DNA of 32,000 bases, from contig NZ_CP063356.2 of assembly GCF_001866075.4 (NCBI RefSeq), positions 5,192,926 through 5,224,925 of the forward strand, in the 5' to 3' direction. The translations under genes and the position numbers were made by a program. This DNA comes from Anaerobacillus isosaccharinicus (GTDB lineage: Bacteria > Bacillota > Bacilli > Bacillales > Anaerobacillaceae). This document shows, piece by piece, positions 9,740 through 19,210 of this stretch. The notes under the pieces are model-generated. The model saw nothing but the letters and a program-made list of their open reading frames with translations, was not told the DNA's origin and searched no databases. Every line of letters begins with the position of its first letter. Within the stretch, counting starts at the first letter, position 1.

Positions 9740-9761
9740 GATGGTTTCACCTACCTTTTTT

Positions 9762-9860
9762 AATGTAAAATGTAGAATTTAGAATGAGAATGATTAAGGG
9801 TAAGACTTCGAAGCTTCCCCCAAAACAATTCTACATTTTACATTCTACATTCTAAATTTT
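9762..9860. repeat. Palindromic heptamer-array element, copy B
   Basis: AATGTAA|AATGTAG|AATTTAG|AATGAGA..., spacer TTAAGGGTAAGA, core CTTCGAAGCTT, spacer CCCCCAAAACA, then ATTCTAC|ATTTTAC|ATTCTAC|ATTCTAA|ATTTTA. It fills the rplI-dnaB spacer. Confidence 0.92.
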
Positions 9861-10302
9861 ATCCTTCTACAACATGTACTTTAATTGTTGCTGTAACTTC
9901 ATGGTGAAGTTTGATTGGAACGTTAGTATAGCCTAGTGCACGAATAGGCTCGTCTAGTTCAATTTTACGCTTGTCTACTTTCATTTTCATTTTAGCTAGG
10001 GTGTCGGCAATTTGCTTGCTTGTAACGGCACCAAATAGACGTCCACCTTCACCAGACTTCGCCTTAATTTCGACAGTCAGTTTTTCTAGCTTTTCTTTAT
10101 ATACTTGAGCCTCTTTCAATTTTTCTTCTGCGCGCTTTTCTTCGCCTTGCTTTTTCACTTCTAATGTTTTTAAATTGCCTGAGTTTGCTTCAGCAGCTAA
10201 TTTATTTGGTAACAGAAAGTTTCTTGCGTACCCTTCAGAAACATTTTTTACTTCTCCTTTTTTACCTTTACCTTTTACGTCTTCAAGAAAAATTACTTTC
10301 AT
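9859..10302 (-). CDS. rplI: 50S ribosomal protein L9
   Basis: [36 protein letters not shown] is the canonical L9 N-terminus. 147 aa. Confidence 0.97.
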   Translation of the reverse strand: MKVIFLEDVKGKGKKGEVKNVSEGYARNFLLPNKLAAEANSGNLKTLEVKKQGEEKRAEEKLKEAQVYKEKLEKLTVEIKAKSGEGGRLFGAVTSKQIADTLAKMKMKVDKRKIELDEPIRALGYTNVPIKLHHEVTATIKVHVVEG

Positions 10303-12269
10303 TCTTCTCTTCCCCCTTCAAAATATTGATCTATTTTTTCCATTAATAATCTTTCAGCTTCATCTAAAGAAACATCGCCAAGCTGGGTTGCTGCATTTGT
10401 CAAATGTCCTCCACCATCCAGCATTTCCATAATTAATTGTACATTGACATCACTTAAAGACCTTGCACTAATACTTGTTGCACCGTCTTTTCGTTTTGAA
10501 ATAACAAATGAAGCAACGACATCATTCATTGATAAAAGTGTGTCAGCTGCCTGAGCTATAAGGACTTGGCTACAAACTTCATCAGGATTTCCTTTTGCTA
10601 TTGCTATTCCATTTCTATATATATGAGCACTTTCAATTAACCTAGATCGCTTAATATACTGGTCTAAATCTTGTTTTAATAAATTTTGCACTAAATGTGT
10701 ATCTGCACCTTTGGACCTTAAGTAAGATGCGGCATCAAAAGTCCTTGAACCTGTTCGAACAGCAAAGCTTTTTGTATCAACGATGATTCCCGCTAACAAA
10801 GCAGTAGCTTCAAGGAGGTCAAGCTTAGTTTGCTTTGGTTGATACTCAAGAAGCTCAGTTACTAGCTCCGAGGTTGATGAGGCATAAGGTTCCATATAGA
10901 CGAGCACAGCTTCATCAATAAACTCTTCACCACGACGATGATGATCTAGAACGATTACACGGTCAATTTTATCTAATAACTTTGGTTCAATCACTAATGA
11001 AGGTTTATGTGTATCAACTACAACTAATAATGTATTAGGTGTCACTTCCTCTAACGCTTCTTCAGGAGTGATAAAGTGCGCCCATAAACGGTCATGCTTT
11101 TCAACTTCTTCCATGAGCTTACGAACATCTCTACTAATATTATTGCGATCTAATATAATATAGCCTTCTTTACCATTAAGCTCGGCTAATTTTAATACAC
11201 CAATTGCGGCACCAATGGCATCCATATCTGGACTAATATGCCCCATGATCATGACACGGTCACTTTCTAAAATAAAGTCTCGAATGGCATGAGAGATAAC
11301 TCTTGCCCTAACTCTCGTTCGTTTTTCAACAGCATTTGACTTCCCACCGTAAAAGCGTACTTTTCCATTTTTTTGTTTAATAGCAACCTGGTCACCACCT
11401 CTACCAAGAGCTAAATCTAAACTCGATTGAGCCAATATACCAAGTTCTTGAAGGCTCCCTTGTCCGCTACCAACACCAATACTTAAAGTAATCGGTATCT
11501 TTTCCCTAGCAGTTGCTTCCCTTACTTCATCAAGGAGATCAAACTTTGTTTCTTCAATTTTCTCTAATATCTCTTGATGAAAAATAGCTAGAAACCGGTC
11601 TGAAGATGTTCGCCTTAAAAAGACACCATGTTCCTTTGACCAACTATTTAAACTTGAAGTGACCTGACTCATTAATTTACTTCTAATTTGGTCTTCCATA
11701 CCTTGTGTAACTTCATCATAGTTGTCTAAATAAATAATAGCAATAACAGTTTGTTCCTTTTCGTACAGCTTTTTCACTTTTGTTTCTTCAGTAATATCAA
11801 AGAAATATATGAGCCTTTCATCACGTCGAAAGTTCGTCCGAAAAACATTTTCACCAATTTGTATCGATACTTCATTTTGTCCACTTTCAATAGCATCAGC
11901 AAGTTCCACAGCAATTTTGGAAATCGAGCTTCCAATACAATCTTCTTCTATAATCGAATTAACCATCGGATTTGCCCACTGAATGATTTTTTCTTCATTA
12001 TAAAGAAGAATTCCTATCGGAAGTTTCGTAACAGCCTCTTCTCCTGCTTTATTAACACGATATGTTAGTGTTGAGATGTACTCTTCGATATCCCTTTTGT
12101 ACAAATTTCTCGCCTGTATCGTGTAGAAAAGGAGGATTCCTAAGCTTAAGAATCCAAGTAAACCAATGATCCACTGGTATATTGTTAAAATCCCAATGAA
12201 AATGAATGCCACAGCAAATAATGCGATAATATGATAGCCATGCCACCGTTTTAATAGGAATTCTGGCAT
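10299..12269 (-). CDS. gdpP: Cyclic-di-AMP phosphodiesterase GdpP (YybT): two TM helices, PAS-like, degenerate GGDEF, DHH/DHHA1
   Basis: 656 aa, collinear with B. subtilis YybT as I recall it. DHH motif (VVVDTHKP...VLDHHRR) and DHHA1 GGGH ([11 protein letters not shown]). Overlaps the rplI start by 4 nt. Confidence 0.95.
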   Translation of the reverse strand: MPEFLLKRWHGYHIIALFAVAFIFIGILTIYQWIIGLLGFLSLGILLFYTIQARNLYKRDIEEYISTLTYRVNKAGEEAVTKLPIGILLYNEEKIIQWANPMVNSIIEEDCIGSSISKIAVELADAIESGQNEVSIQIGENVFRTNFRRDERLIYFFDITEETKVKKLYEKEQTVIAIIYLDNYDEVTQGMEDQIRSKLMSQVTSSLNSWSKEHGVFLRRTSSDRFLAIFHQEILEKIEETKFDLLDEVREATAREKIPITLSIGVGSGQGSLQELGILAQSSLDLALGRGGDQVAIKQKNGKVRFYGGKSNAVEKRTRVRARVISHAIRDFILESDRVMIMGHISPDMDAIGAAIGVLKLAELNGKEGYIILDRNNISRDVRKLMEEVEKHDRLWAHFITPEEALEEVTPNTLLVVVDTHKPSLVIEPKLLDKIDRVIVLDHHRRGEEFIDEAVLVYMEPYASSTSELVTELLEYQPKQTKLDLLEATALLAGIIVDTKSFAVRTGSRTFDAASYLRSKGADTHLVQNLLKQDLDQYIKRSRLIESAHIYRNGIAIAKGNPDEVCSQVLIAQAADTLLSMNDVVASFVISKRKDGATSISARSLSDVNVQLIMEMLDGGGHLTNAATQLGDVSLDEAERLLMEKIDQYFEGGREE

Positions 12270-12284
12270 AATTTCAACTCCTAA

Positions 12285-13220
12285 TTAATTCGAGTTTTTT
12301 ATTCTTTTCCGAAGTTCAAATCCTAAATCAATTATACCTAATATTCGATAGATATAAAGGAGAAATGGGGCAATTAAAGTAACGATGATAATTCCAATAG
12401 GAATGGATTTATTAAATCCTTTAGCATGACAATAAAACATGATTACAGCTAATCCTTGGATCGTCATAGCAATCTCTAAAAGGGGGAACAAATTCCACAT
12501 CACCATATAAAGTGCCGTTCCTTCTTCTAACCCCACTAAAATAAAGATTGATGTTACTAAATAATACCATAAAAATGACTTTGGAAATGCCCACTCCCGA
12601 AATGGTTTGAACGGAGCAACTTTCTCCCCAATTCTTTTTAAGATTGCATAGGCGATTACTTGAACAAAAAGAGCAAAAAATACTCCCGTTGTGATGATTA
12701 AAGACGGCGCTAAAAACATTAGGCGATCAATAAAATCAATTAAGGGCTCTAGTTGTTTACCTGGGTCTTGTCCAATTGCAAGAAGCATTGATTCAGCTGT
12801 TTGTACGGAATCTCTCATTAATTCTTGAATGACTTTAATTGGATGTAAGTCTAATACGACGATGCTTAAAATAAAGTACAAAATTAAATTACTAATATAA
12901 GCTAGGCTTCCACCAAATAATACTGTAAATGCTGATTTTTTTCTTCTATATAACTCCCCAACAACAATTCCACTACTTCCAAAAATAATAGCACTAAGAA
13001 TAAGGACTACCCCACCAATAGTAAAAGAAACAAAGGAGGCGACAACCCATAACATCAATCCTGCTTTCCAGCCATTTCTTACTGTGTACACAATAAAAGG
13101 GACTGGTAATATCCAAAGTAAAATGGAACCTAAGATCGGTAAAAAAACTGTTAAAAAGGCTATTAATGCAAAAATTGCTGCAAAAATTGCTCCTTCAGTC
13201 ATTACCTTGGTATTTTTCAT
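12285..13220 (-). CDS. yybS: Polytopic membrane protein YybS (DUF2232)
   Basis: Highly hydrophobic multi-TM protein immediately upstream of gdpP, as in B. subtilis yybS-yybT. The ATG at 13220 follows GAGGGAAG. The longer ORF-track start (13292) would place the promoter candidate at 13298-13326 only 6 nt upstream of the start codon (TSS inside the ORF). Confidence 0.85.
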   Translation of the reverse strand: MKNTKVMTEGAIFAAIFALIAFLTVFLPILGSILLWILPVPFIVYTVRNGWKAGLMLWVVASFVSFTIGGVVLILSAIIFGSSGIVVGELYRRKKSAFTVLFGGSLAYISNLILYFILSIVVLDLHPIKVIQELMRDSVQTAESMLLAIGQDPGKQLEPLIDFIDRLMFLAPSLIITTGVFFALFVQVIAYAILKRIGEKVAPFKPFREWAFPKSFLWYYLVTSIFILVGLEEGTALYMVMWNLFPLLEIAMTIQGLAVIMFYCHAKGFNKSIPIGIIIVTLIAPFLLYIYRILGIIDLGFELRKRIKNSN

Positions 13221-13297
13221 TAGACTTCCCTCATTTCTAAAAACAGTTCCTAAATGATCGATCGCTATCCTATCAAATGTAACTATATCCATTCCTG

Positions 13298-13326
13298 ATT
13301 ATATACGACTAAATTGATTTTGAAAA
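13298..13326 (-). promoter_or_regulatory. Candidate sigma-A promoter for yybS-gdpP-rplI (-35 TTTTCA, 17 bp, -10 TATAAT)
   Basis: Minus-sense TTTTCA (13326-13321), 17 nt, TATAAT (13303-13298). Confidence 0.4.
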
Positions 13327-13439
13327 ATAGTCTTCGATACTTATCGAATTTTTTTCTTATACTACCATCCAGTATGTTTGTTGAATTCATATATTCAATT
13401 AATAATTAATAATTGATAGTATAAGAAAAAATTCGTAAT

Positions 13440-13461
13440 GAAGGCATAACTAGATGCCTTC
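13440..13461 (-). terminator. Hairpin overlapping the ktrC-like stop codon, possible terminator
   Basis: Perfect 8-bp stem GAAGGCAT/ATGCCTTC with a 6-nt loop containing the TAG stop. The minus-sense tail AUUACGAAUUUUUU places the U-run 7 nt away. Confidence 0.4.
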
Positions 13462-14106
13462 TTCCTCAAATTTTTTCAAATCATTGTTATGACCTATTAA
13501 AATTAAAATATCCTTTTCCAATATTAGTTGATCTGGAAAAGGTGTAATAATAACATCTTCCCCTCTTTTTATACCTAATATTGTACAGCCATACTTTGCA
13601 CGAATATCTAATTTTTGAATGGTTTTATTAGCGACTTTATGTGAAGCAATAAGCTCCATAATGCTATAGTCAGGAGACAGTTCAATATAATCGATAATTT
13701 TCTCTGAAACTAAGTAGTGGGCAATTCTTACTCCCATATCTTTTTCGGGATGAATAATTCGGTCTGCACCAATTTTTTCAACTACTTTATGGTGATAATT
13801 ATTTTGAGCTTTTACCCATACGTGCTTAACATTTAATTCTTTCAACAAAAGTGTGCAAAGAATGCTCGCCTGGATATTGTCACCAATTGCTACTATTACG
13901 TACTCAAAGTTCCTAATTCCTAAAGATAATAATGTATTTTCGTCTGTAGCATTCGCAACAACTGCGTGTGTCGAAAAATTAGCAAAATCATGTACTCTAT
14001 CCTCATTAGTATCAATGGCTAAAACTTCATGCCCCATTGAATATAATTCTTTACAAACACTACCACCAAATCTTCCTAAACCAACAACCGCAAATTGTTT
14101 CTTCAT
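13450..14106 (-). CDS. ktrC: K+ uptake regulatory subunit, KtrA/KtrC (TrkA-N plus RCK_C) family
   Basis: MKKQFAVVGLGRFGGSVCKEL is the GxGxxG Rossmann motif, with an RCK_C-like C-terminal half. Length and sequence resemble B. subtilis KtrC. The ORF-track start is a GTG 1 nt after the SD; the ATG at 14106 has proper spacing from AAGGGGG. Confidence 0.88.
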   Translation of the reverse strand: MKKQFAVVGLGRFGGSVCKELYSMGHEVLAIDTNEDRVHDFANFSTHAVVANATDENTLLSLGIRNFEYVIVAIGDNIQASILCTLLLKELNVKHVWVKAQNNYHHKVVEKIGADRIIHPEKDMGVRIAHYLVSEKIIDYIELSPDYSIMELIASHKVANKTIQKLDIRAKYGCTILGIKRGEDVIITPFPDQLILEKDILILIGHNNDLKKFEEEGI

Positions 14107-14213
14107 AATAAACACGCCCCCTTACTATACTTACTTCCTTTATGTATAGTTTAAACAGTTTTTGATTTACAATGTGTTTGCCCTACAGAAAAAGTGTAAC
14201 CTGTTGTCATTAA

Positions 14214-14247
14214 ATAAAAAAAGGAGATAGACTATAAGCCATCCCCT
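14214..14247 (-). terminator. Rho-independent terminator of rpsF-ssb-rpsR
   Basis: Minus sense AGGGGAU...AUCUCCU (7 bp including one G.U) followed by UUUUUUUAUUU, 11 nt after the rpsR stop. Confidence 0.7.
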
Positions 14248-14258
14248 TTTGACATTAA

Positions 14259-14504
14259 TTATTCACCGCTAACATACGGTAATAAAGCGATTTGACGTGC
14301 ACGCTTAATTGCAGTAGTTAATTGTCGTTGGTACTTAGCTGAAGTTCCAGTTACACGACGAGGTAAAATTTTACCACGCTCAGAAACGAAACGCTTAAGT
14401 AGTTCAACGTTTTTATAGTCGATTTTCGTGATCTTGTTTACTGTAAAGTAACATACTTTACGGCGCTTCGCACCACGGCCACCACGACGTCCTCCCATTG
14501 CCAT
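14259..14504 (-). CDS. rpsR: 30S ribosomal protein S18
   Basis: [18 protein letters not shown]...[37 protein letters not shown] is canonical S18. GGAGG lies 8 nt upstream. Confidence 0.97.
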   Translation of the reverse strand: MAMGGRRGGRGAKRRKVCYFTVNKITKIDYKNVELLKRFVSERGKILPRRVTGTSAKYQRQLTTAIKRARQIALLPYVSGE

Positions 14505-14591
14505 CTAAAAAACCTCCTTCTTTATAAATTTTTATATTCATCCAAAAGGGTACTTACCCTTATTTAAGTTAAACTAAGAAAGCCAATAGAT

Positions 14592-15083
14592 CTAGAATGG
14601 TAAATCATCATCTGAGATATCAATTGGCTTGCCATCACTAGCAAAAGGATCATCAGAAAATGACTGATTACTACGGCCTTGATTCTGGTTGTTATTATTT
14701 CCTCCTTGATTAGGAGAGCCATAATAGTCTCCACCGCCCTGATTTCCACCAGAATTGTTAGAGCCTTTCGTTTCAAGAAATTGCACACTATCAGCTACAA
14801 CTTCCGTTATAAAAACTTTCTTTCCTTCATTGTTTTCATAATTACGAGTTTGTAGACGACCATCAACACCCGCTAAACTTCCTTTACGTAAGTAATTAGC
14901 AACATTTTCTGCTTGTTTACGCCAAATGACTACGTTAATAAAGTCTGCTTCTCGGTTACCTTGTTGGTTAGAAAATGGTCTGTTTACAGCAAGTGTAATA
15001 CTTGCTACAGCAATTCCATTCGGCGTGTACTTAAGTTCAGGATCTCTTGTGAGTCGACCTACCAGAACGACACGGTTAAGCAT
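14592..15083 (-). CDS. ssb: Single-stranded DNA-binding protein
   Basis: [27 protein letters not shown] is the OB fold, followed by a Gly/Asn/Gln-rich linker and the acidic tip DISDDDLPF. Confidence 0.97.
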   Translation of the reverse strand: MLNRVVLVGRLTRDPELKYTPNGIAVASITLAVNRPFSNQQGNREADFINVVIWRKQAENVANYLRKGSLAGVDGRLQTRNYENNEGKKVFITEVVADSVQFLETKGSNNSGGNQGGGDYYGSPNQGGNNNNQNQGRSNQSFSDDPFASDGKPIDISDDDLPF

Positions 15084-15114
15084 CAGAACCCCTCCCCAAT
15101 ATATCTACTAGTTC

Positions 15115-15402
15115 TTATTCTTCGTCTTTAGTAATAAGTAAACGAATTACATCTTCGTTAATTTTAATTAAACGATCGAATTCAGCGATTGCTGCTGGTT
15201 CAGCTGTTACGTTTAGTAATACATAGAAGCCTTCACGGAAGTCTTCAATTTCATAAGCTAAACGACGCTTACCCATTTCTTGAACCTTATCAAGAGTCGC
15301 TCCATTATCAGTTAAAACGTTGTTAAAACGTTCAACTAACTCTTTCTTTGCAGCTTCTTCTAGGTTTGGTCGAATAATGTACATGATTTCATATTTACGC
15401 AT
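15115..15402 (-). CDS. rpsF: 30S ribosomal protein S6
   Basis: [26 protein letters not shown]... is canonical S6. 95 aa. AAAGGAGGTG RBS. Confidence 0.97.
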   Translation of the reverse strand: MRKYEIMYIIRPNLEEAAKKELVERFNNVLTDNGATLDKVQEMGKRRLAYEIEDFREGFYVLLNVTAEPAAIAEFDRLIKINEDVIRLLITKDEE

Positions 15403-15494
15403 TTGTACGTCACCTCCTTTTGGTCTAACGGCCCCTCTTAATTGAGGAGCAAGGGGCGAATAATAACAATTTTATAAGTGTCATTTACTCGCAT
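15403..15494 (-). promoter_or_regulatory. Structured rpsF 5' leader (candidate S6:S18 autoregulatory leader)
   Basis: Minus sense GCCCCUUGCUCCUCAAUUAAGAGGGGCCG forms a CCCCU/AGGGG hairpin. Its CUCCUC segment is complementary to the downstream SD. An S6:S18-binding leader is known upstream of rpsF in Bacilli, but no covariance model was run. Confidence 0.4.
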
Positions 15495-15500
15495 TTATCG

Positions 15501-15529
15501 ATTATAGCAGAATTAATATAGAAAGTAAA
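15501..15529 (-). promoter_or_regulatory. Candidate sigma-A promoter of rpsF-ssb-rpsR (-35 TTTACT, 17 bp, -10 TATAAT)
   Basis: Perfect TATAAT (15506-15501). The -35 TTTACT (15529-15524) lies inside the terminal heptamer of repeat copy C. Confidence 0.5.
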
Positions 15530-15616
15530 ATGAAAAATGTAGAATGTAGAATTTTTTTAGGGAAGCTTCGAAGCTAGTCCCACGCCATTTTACATTCTAC
15601 ATTGAATTTTACATTT
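15523..15616. repeat. Palindromic heptamer-array element, copy C
   Basis: AAGTAAAATGAAAAATGTAGAATGTAGAAT, spacer TTTTTTAGGGA, core AGCTTCGAAGCT (CTTCGAAG 15566-15573), spacer AGTCCCACGCC, then ATTTTACATTCTACATTGAATTTTACATTT. The right end abuts the ychF stop. Confidence 0.92.
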
Positions 15617-16716
15617 TAAACGTTAAACCTAAAGTGAATAACATCACCATCAGCAACGACATATTCTTTTCCTTCTAGCCTTACTTTCCCTTTTTCCTTA
15701 GCCGCAGCATGAGAACCAGCTTCAACTAGGTCATCATACGCTACTACTTCCGCACGAATAAAACCTCTCTCGAAGTCTGTATGGATGACTCCAGCAGCTT
15801 GAGGAGCTTTAGTCCCTTTCCGAATTGTCCATGCACGAACTTCTTGAACACCTGCTGTAAAATAGGTTGATAATCCTAATAAATGATAAGCAGCGCGGAT
15901 TAGTTGGTCTAAACCAGATTCCTTAATTCCTAACTCCTCAAGGAACATTGTCTTTTCTTCGCCTTCAAGTTCAGAAATTTCCTCTTCTATTTTTGCACAA
16001 ACAACGATAACCTCTGAGTTTTCTGCTGCAGCAAATTCTCTTACCTTTTGAACTAGTGGATTTTCATCTGCTACAAGTAACCCATCCTCATTCACGTTTG
16101 CTACGTATAATACAGGCTTCATCGTTAGTAAATGCATTCCTTGGACAATTTTCTTTTGCTCGTCCGTTAAATCTACACTTCTAGCAGGCTTTTCATTTTC
16201 AAATGCCTCTTTAAGTAAATTTAAAATTTCATACTCTGCCATTGCATCTTTATCTCTTTGCTTCAATAACTTTTCAACACGCATAATACGTTTTTCGACT
16301 GAATCAAGATCAGCAAGAATTAATTCTAAGTTAATCACTTCAATATCACGAATTGGATTTACACTACCAGATACGTGAGTGATGTTTTCATCTTCAAAAC
16401 AACGAACAACATGTGAGATTGCATCAACTTGGCGAATATGTGATAAAAATTTGTTTCCTAACCCTTCACCCTTACTTGCCCCTTCTACAATTCCTGCAAT
16501 ATCAGTAAATTCAAATGCAGTTGGAACCGTTTTTTTCGGTTGAACAAGTTCAGTTAACTTATTTAGACGGTGATCAGGAACTTCAACAATCCCTACATTA
16601 GGATCAATCGTACAGAATGGATAGTTAGCAGACTCTGCTCCTGCTTGTGTAATTGCATTAAATAATGTTGATTTTCCTACGTTAGGCAAACCAACAATTC
16701 CAGTCGTTAAAGCCAT
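15616..16716 (-). CDS. ychF: Ribosome-binding ATPase YchF (Obg-like)
   Basis: [16 protein letters not shown] is the G1 motif. 366 aa with a TGS-like C-terminus ([10 protein letters not shown]). Confidence 0.97.
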   Translation of the reverse strand: MALTTGIVGLPNVGKSTLFNAITQAGAESANYPFCTIDPNVGIVEVPDHRLNKLTELVQPKKTVPTAFEFTDIAGIVEGASKGEGLGNKFLSHIRQVDAISHVVRCFEDENITHVSGSVNPIRDIEVINLELILADLDSVEKRIMRVEKLLKQRDKDAMAEYEILNLLKEAFENEKPARSVDLTDEQKKIVQGMHLLTMKPVLYVANVNEDGLLVADENPLVQKVREFAAAENSEVIVVCAKIEEEISELEGEEKTMFLEELGIKESGLDQLIRAAYHLLGLSTYFTAGVQEVRAWTIRKGTKAPQAAGVIHTDFERGFIRAEVVAYDDLVEAGSHAAAKEKGKVRLEGKEYVVADGDVIHFRFNV

Positions 16717-16960
16717 ATCATTGACACTTCCTTCATTATTAATAATATTTAATAAATTTCATTATTCAATATTCGTGACACTAATTTACAAGACTAAATC
16801 GCGTCCATTAGTTGCAATCATGCTAATTATGAAATTCATTTATATAAACTTTAAGTACGAATTCAAAGTTAAAAACAAGTTTTCTAATCCTTCACAATTA
16901 TATTGATTAAAGAAGAAAAGCGCAAGCGCCCCGTTAGCCCCGACTTGTTAATGTTCTGAA

Positions 16961-16990
16961 AGGAAAAACAAGCCTTGTTAAGCTTGTTTT
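16961..16990 (-). terminator. Hairpin overlapping the yyaE stop codon, probable terminator
   Basis: Stem AACAAGC/GCTTGTT (extendable with A/T pairs) with an 8-nt loop carrying the stop codon, followed in minus sense by UUUUUCCUUUC. Confidence 0.5.
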
Positions 16991-18978
16991 TTTCTAATAT
17001 TAACTAGACAATCGTATTGAATGCCACCTTGTCCAATATCGGACTCTCCTGATGAAGTAAGGACATTTACAGAACCGCCTAGCTTTTTCCATCTTCCCTC
17101 ATCAATATTAATCGTATCATCATGAGAATTCTTCATTATTTTCGCGCTGCCAGTAATACTGCCACGGTCATTCCAAATTGTGACCTCTTCTCCTTCTGAA
17201 AGGCATTTTTCTTTAGCGATTTTTTCTGATACTTCTACAACTACCTTTGAATCATTAATTAGATGGTAATTTTGCGAATGGTTAGACCTTGATGGATGTT
17301 TTGATAACAAATGGTATGGAAATTTAGTTTGTTTTGGGCTATTAATTGACTCTAACGGATATTGAAACGTTAGCTTTCCACTCTCCCCGTCCTTTAACGC
17401 TTTGGTGGACGAAAATTCATATTTACCTGATGGAGTTTTAAACTGATAGTCGGACCAAGGGACATCTTGAATTGGGAGTTTCACAAATCCTTCCGCTTTG
17501 ATTTTCTCCAGCGTAATCCCCTGTTTTTCTAATGATTGTAATCCCATCTTTAGAAATTCGTCATCACTAAATGCAAAGTCTTCACCAAAGCCTAAACGAT
17601 TGGCAAGTTCTGTCCAAATCCAATGATCTGCTCTTGCTTCACCTTTTGGCGTGACAAGCCTCGGCCCATAATTAACATAACTATGGTACATTGAAGCATA
17701 ATAAATATCTTCTTCCTCAAAAACGGTTGTACAAGGAAGGATATAATCAGCTAGCTCTGCCGTATCTGTCATAAATTGATCAATGACAACTAACGTCTCT
17801 ATCGACGTAAAAGCTTCTTCTACTCGATTCGTATCTGGCAACTGTGTCAATGGATTACCTCTAGTTACAAACGCCATTTTTATTGGCGGGTCTTGTTCAG
17901 ATAAGATTTTTTCAGCTTGATTCATTCTCGTAAAAACTCTATTTTGAAACCTTCGATTAGATAACGTTAAATTGCTTACATCAAATGATTGTCCCACCGG
18001 TAGATGTCCATAATTTGCACCGCCACCTTTAATTCCGACATTACCACTTATAGCAACTAATGCATCTATTAATCTAATCATACTGCCACCATTAGCATAC
18101 CTTTGCATTCCTAAACCAAGATACGTAGAAGTAGGACCACTACTATAATGACTAGCTAAAAGATTTATTGTTTCTTCTGACACTGAGGTTTGAGAAACGA
18201 TTTCAGATAGCTCTATCTCATCTATATACGCCATAAACTCATTATAACCATAGGTATGATTACGAATGAATTCCTCATCTACTAAATTCATTTTTTTTAA
18301 TTGTTTTATTACACCAATCGCCAAAAGACCATCCATTCCTGGTCTCACAGCAATATAGACATCTGCTAGTTTGGCAGTTTGGTGGTATAGAGGATCGATC
18401 ACAGTTACGTGAATACCTCTTTTTTTTGCTTCTATTAAGTTTGCATACAAATGAATATTTGTACTTGCAGCATTTCTACCCCATATAACCGTATTTTTAC
18501 TATTGAAAATATCTTCTGGAGCATGAGCTGCACTATTACCAAAATCCCGTATCTGCGCTTCAATTCCTGCTCCCCAGCATAGACTACCTACTACCTCTGT
18601 CACTCCACCATAGCAATTAAAAAAACGATGGTCTAAATTTTTTAATAAGCCATTATTAGAATAATCATGACTATGAAGGACAGCAGTTGAACCATACCTA
18701 TTTTTAGTAAAGAGTAGCTTTTCTGCAATTTCATCAAGAGCTTGGTCCCATGAAATTTCTACAAAATCGCCATTATTCTTTTTTAATGGCTTCGTAATCC
18801 GAGAAGGGGCGTTTGTTCTTGCCTCTAACATCCTACCTCTATTGCATATATGCCCCTTTGTAACTGGGTGTTGTTTGTTTCCAGCTACTTTTACTACGGT
18901 GTCATTTTCTACAGTTACAGTGAAGCCACATGTATCCCAACAATTAAGGGGACAGGCTGATATATCTTTTTTTTCCAT
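16978..18978 (-). CDS. yyaE: Molybdopterin-dependent oxidoreductase, MopB superfamily (YyaE-like)
   Basis: N-terminal Fe-S motif CPLNCWDTCG...GHICNRG. 666 aa. Same position (next to ychF) and size as B. subtilis yyaE. Confidence 0.9.
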   Translation of the reverse strand: MEKKDISACPLNCWDTCGFTVTVENDTVVKVAGNKQHPVTKGHICNRGRMLEARTNAPSRITKPLKKNNGDFVEISWDQALDEIAEKLLFTKNRYGSTAVLHSHDYSNNGLLKNLDHRFFNCYGGVTEVVGSLCWGAGIEAQIRDFGNSAAHAPEDIFNSKNTVIWGRNAASTNIHLYANLIEAKKRGIHVTVIDPLYHQTAKLADVYIAVRPGMDGLLAIGVIKQLKKMNLVDEEFIRNHTYGYNEFMAYIDEIELSEIVSQTSVSEETINLLASHYSSGPTSTYLGLGMQRYANGGSMIRLIDALVAISGNVGIKGGGANYGHLPVGQSFDVSNLTLSNRRFQNRVFTRMNQAEKILSEQDPPIKMAFVTRGNPLTQLPDTNRVEEAFTSIETLVVIDQFMTDTAELADYILPCTTVFEEEDIYYASMYHSYVNYGPRLVTPKGEARADHWIWTELANRLGFGEDFAFSDDEFLKMGLQSLEKQGITLEKIKAEGFVKLPIQDVPWSDYQFKTPSGKYEFSSTKALKDGESGKLTFQYPLESINSPKQTKFPYHLLSKHPSRSNHSQNYHLINDSKVVVEVSEKIAKEKCLSEGEEVTIWNDRGSITGSAKIMKNSHDDTINIDEGRWKKLGGSVNVLTSSGESDIGQGGIQYDCLVNIRKKQA

Positions 18979-18995
18979 ATAATAAACCTCTCCCT

Positions 18996-19025
18996 ATAAA
19001 AAAAGCACCTTATTCTGAGTGCTTT
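18996..19025 (-). terminator. Hairpin plus U-run between yyzM and yyaE (partial terminator or attenuator)
   Basis: Minus sense AAAGCAC-UCAGAAUAAG-GUGCUUU followed by UUUUAUAGGGAGAGG, which is the yyaE RBS. The stem overlaps the yyzM stop. Confidence 0.4.
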
Positions 19026-19210
19026 ATTAAAATTTTCTTTATTTTTCTACCAAACTCTTTACGTGGAATTAACACACTGTGATCACAGCCAAGGCACTTT
19101 ATTCGAATATCCATGCCTAGCCGAATGATCTTCCAACGATTTTCTCCACAAGGATGAGGCTTTTTCATCTCAACAACATCATTTAAGTCAAATTGTTTTT
19201 GATTTTCCAT
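19010..19210 (-). CDS. yyzM: Small DUF951 protein (YyzM-like), four-Cys zinc-ribbon-like
   Basis: VEMKKPHPCGENRWKIIRLGMDIRIKCLGCDHSVLIPRKEF is the characteristic DUF951 core. GGGAGGGGAAG RBS. Confidence 0.85.
   Translation of the reverse strand: MENQKQFDLNDVVEMKKPHPCGENRWKIIRLGMDIRIKCLGCDHSVLIPRKEFGRKIKKILIKHSE

Noticed and set aside
14564-14788. 74-aa minus-strand ORF overlapping ssb out of frame; also 12052-12246 within gdpP and 26209-26427 overlapping rsmG
   Set aside because: These are alternative frames of strongly supported genes, with no independent start signals.
16721-16906. 61-aa plus-strand ORF in the ychF-yyaE spacer
   Set aside because: It has a TTG start, no RBS, AT-rich low-complexity translation, and runs opposite to all neighbouring transcription.
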